A DNA stretch of 40,373 bases from a virus, in IMG/VR virus record IMGVR_UViG_3300042286_000057, one strand, 5' to 3'. The notes beneath the pieces are model-generated. The model had not been told where the DNA came from. It searched no databases and was given only the letters and a program-made list of their open reading frames with translations. Both the position numbers and the translations under genes were made by a program. Positions 39,434 through 40,373 of the stretch are shown here, one piece after another; position 1 is the first letter of the stretch; each line of letters starts with the position of its first letter.

Positions 39434-39485
39434 GATGCGCCAGTTGGTCGGTGTTCCAACGTTCGGGAGCTACCCTAGGCGCATC
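39434..39485 (-). other. predicted three-way-junction RNA/DNA structure between the beta-barrel gene and the HNH gene
   Basis: An 8-bp closing stem GATGCGCC/GGCGCATC encloses two hairpins, GGG-agcta-CCC and GTTGG-8 nt-CCAAC. Confidence 0.35.
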
Positions 39486-39489
39486 TTAA

Positions 39490-39936
39490 TTATAACTCAA
39501 TGCGGAATGAGAATGCGATGGCCTCGCCCATCAAAAGGACGGTTGGCTCAACTTTGTGCCTTGTGTAACTAAGCATCGGAACGATGATCGGTAAAATCTC
39601 TGTTTTATCTTGATAGTCACCATACCAGCCCCGATAACCTCTTACTGCGCCGACAACTACTTTTGCCTCAAGATTACCTTTAGCCCACGTCCACGTTCTT
39701 CCAAGCGCATAAGACTCCCTGCCGAAGCTATTGCGGAACCTGGCAGCGAATACCCGCTTGTGCTCAACCGCGACCAGGTCATGGCTGCTGGTGTAATCGA
39801 CCTTGTTGCCTGTGACGATGTGGTAGCTCCAGCCTCCGGCGTGCAGGGCGGTTTCTGCATGCGCGGGCACGCATAGGGCCGTAGCGGCCAGAAAGGCGAA
39901 GATGGTGGTGATGCGGTAGGCTGTGTTGGTTTTCAT
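39490..39936 (-). CDS. secreted outer-membrane beta-barrel protein, PagP-like (148 aa from ATG 39936)
   Basis: The signal peptide is MKTNTAYRITTIFAFLAATALCVPAHA. WSYH, RFRNSF, ILPIIVPMLSY and the terminal AFSFRIEL line up by eye with PagP segments ITWH, AFKDSW, PLPVLLPLASV and FAWMRFQF. Confidence 0.8.
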   Translation of the reverse strand: MKTNTAYRITTIFAFLAATALCVPAHAETALHAGGWSYHIVTGNKVDYTSSHDLVAVEHKRVFAARFRNSFGRESYALGRTWTWAKGNLEAKVVVGAVRGYRGWYGDYQDKTEILPIIVPMLSYTRHKVEPTVLLMGEAIAFSFRIEL

Positions 39937-40005
39937 TGGGAAATCCTTGGGAGCTGCCATTGGCGGGCGGTTGGGGAGATGATGTTAGGCCAGTTTTACG
40001 CCATG

Positions 40006-40027
40006 GCCCTGGGCCTGAGCCCAGGGC
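40006..40027 (-). other. perfect 9-bp GC-rich hairpin between cassette genes (no T-tract)
   Basis: GCCCTGGGC-ctga-GCCCAGGGC. Confidence 0.4.
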
Positions 40028-40036
40028 GGAGGCTGG

Positions 40037-40345
40037 TTAATCTGGCAGACGTCTACGATGAGGGCCAGGGATTATGTGCAGTATACTAAACCCGTATTCA
40101 ATGCTGTTTTCCTGCTCTTCTTCTGGAATTTCGACGTATTCTTGGGCGCCAGGATGTTCGCACATGTTGCGAACTCGGACTGGAAAAGTAGGGACCTTCC
40201 CATAAGCCCTCCAAGCAGACCAGGTTTTGCGGTAACCGTTCCAACCGTAATCTCGGCAGAACCATACGCCGTCCGTGCGCTCCGCTACTTCGACTGCACG
40301 GCCATAAGAATCGTACCCGCTGTAAAGTCGCCTAGCTTTAGCCAT
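40037..40345 (-). CDS. hypothetical protein (102 aa from ATG 40345; the track ORF starts at 40360)
   Basis: A GGAGAA SD precedes ATG 40345. The 5' end lies in the terminal repeat, so the gene spans the circular junction relative to its promoter at 134..162. Confidence 0.7.
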   Translation of the reverse strand: MAKARRLYSGYDSYGRAVEVAERTDGVWFCRDYGWNGYRKTWSAWRAYGKVPTFPVRVRNMCEHPGAQEYVEIPEEEQENSIEYGFSILHIIPGPHRRRLPD

Positions 40346-40373
40346 AACATTTCTCCGCATTCCGTGTTGGTAT
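40247..40373. repeat. Terminal direct repeat, copy 2 (identical to 1..127)
   Basis: Direct comparison of both ends of the window. Confidence 0.95.

Overview
The window is a complete, GC-rich tailed-phage genome. It is siphovirus-like, with a 1162-aa tape measure and a small tail-tube protein. The first 127 nt are repeated exactly at the end, giving a 40246-bp circular or terminally redundant unit. Overlapping i-/o-spanins and an outer-membrane beta-barrel gene point to a Gram-negative host. No integrase or CI-type repressor is visible. Layout: (i) a leftward early operon, 5448 down to 192, holding a Cro-like HTH, a Prim-Pol/SF3 helicase and small genes; (ii) a rightward replication operon, 5534-12106, holding a Cas4-like nuclease, a DUF2815-type SSB, a family-A DNA polymerase, VRR-NUC and an SNF2 helicase; (iii) a leftward operon, 15641 down to 12103, holding an HTH, a DUF3310-like protein, a DUF4942-type N6 methyltransferase, TraR and Cys-rich miniproteins; (iv) a rightward set of small genes, 15795-18520; (v) a long leftward late operon, 38236 down to 20177, running TerS, TerL, portal, scaffold, capsid, connectors, tail, TMP, fibres and lysis cassette; (vi) two autonomous accessory units that look AT-richer by eye. 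The most unusual feature is in the DNA polymerase. A 311-codon intein interrupts motif B, and its HNH homing endonuclease is encoded in the -1 frame relative to the intein. The polymerase frame stays open across about 660 nt of dual coding. A canonical T_TTA_AAC slippery heptamer sits in register exactly at the Hint/HNH junction. Other notable items are a 70-aa release-factor GGQ-domain homologue carrying GMQ, and a tRNA(CAU)-like gene with non-canonical D/T loops next to an orphan T-arm. There is also a PagP-like moron, an HTH-metallophosphoesterase fusion, a six-copy 12-mer array beside the primase gene, and an in-register tail-chaperone frameshift site.
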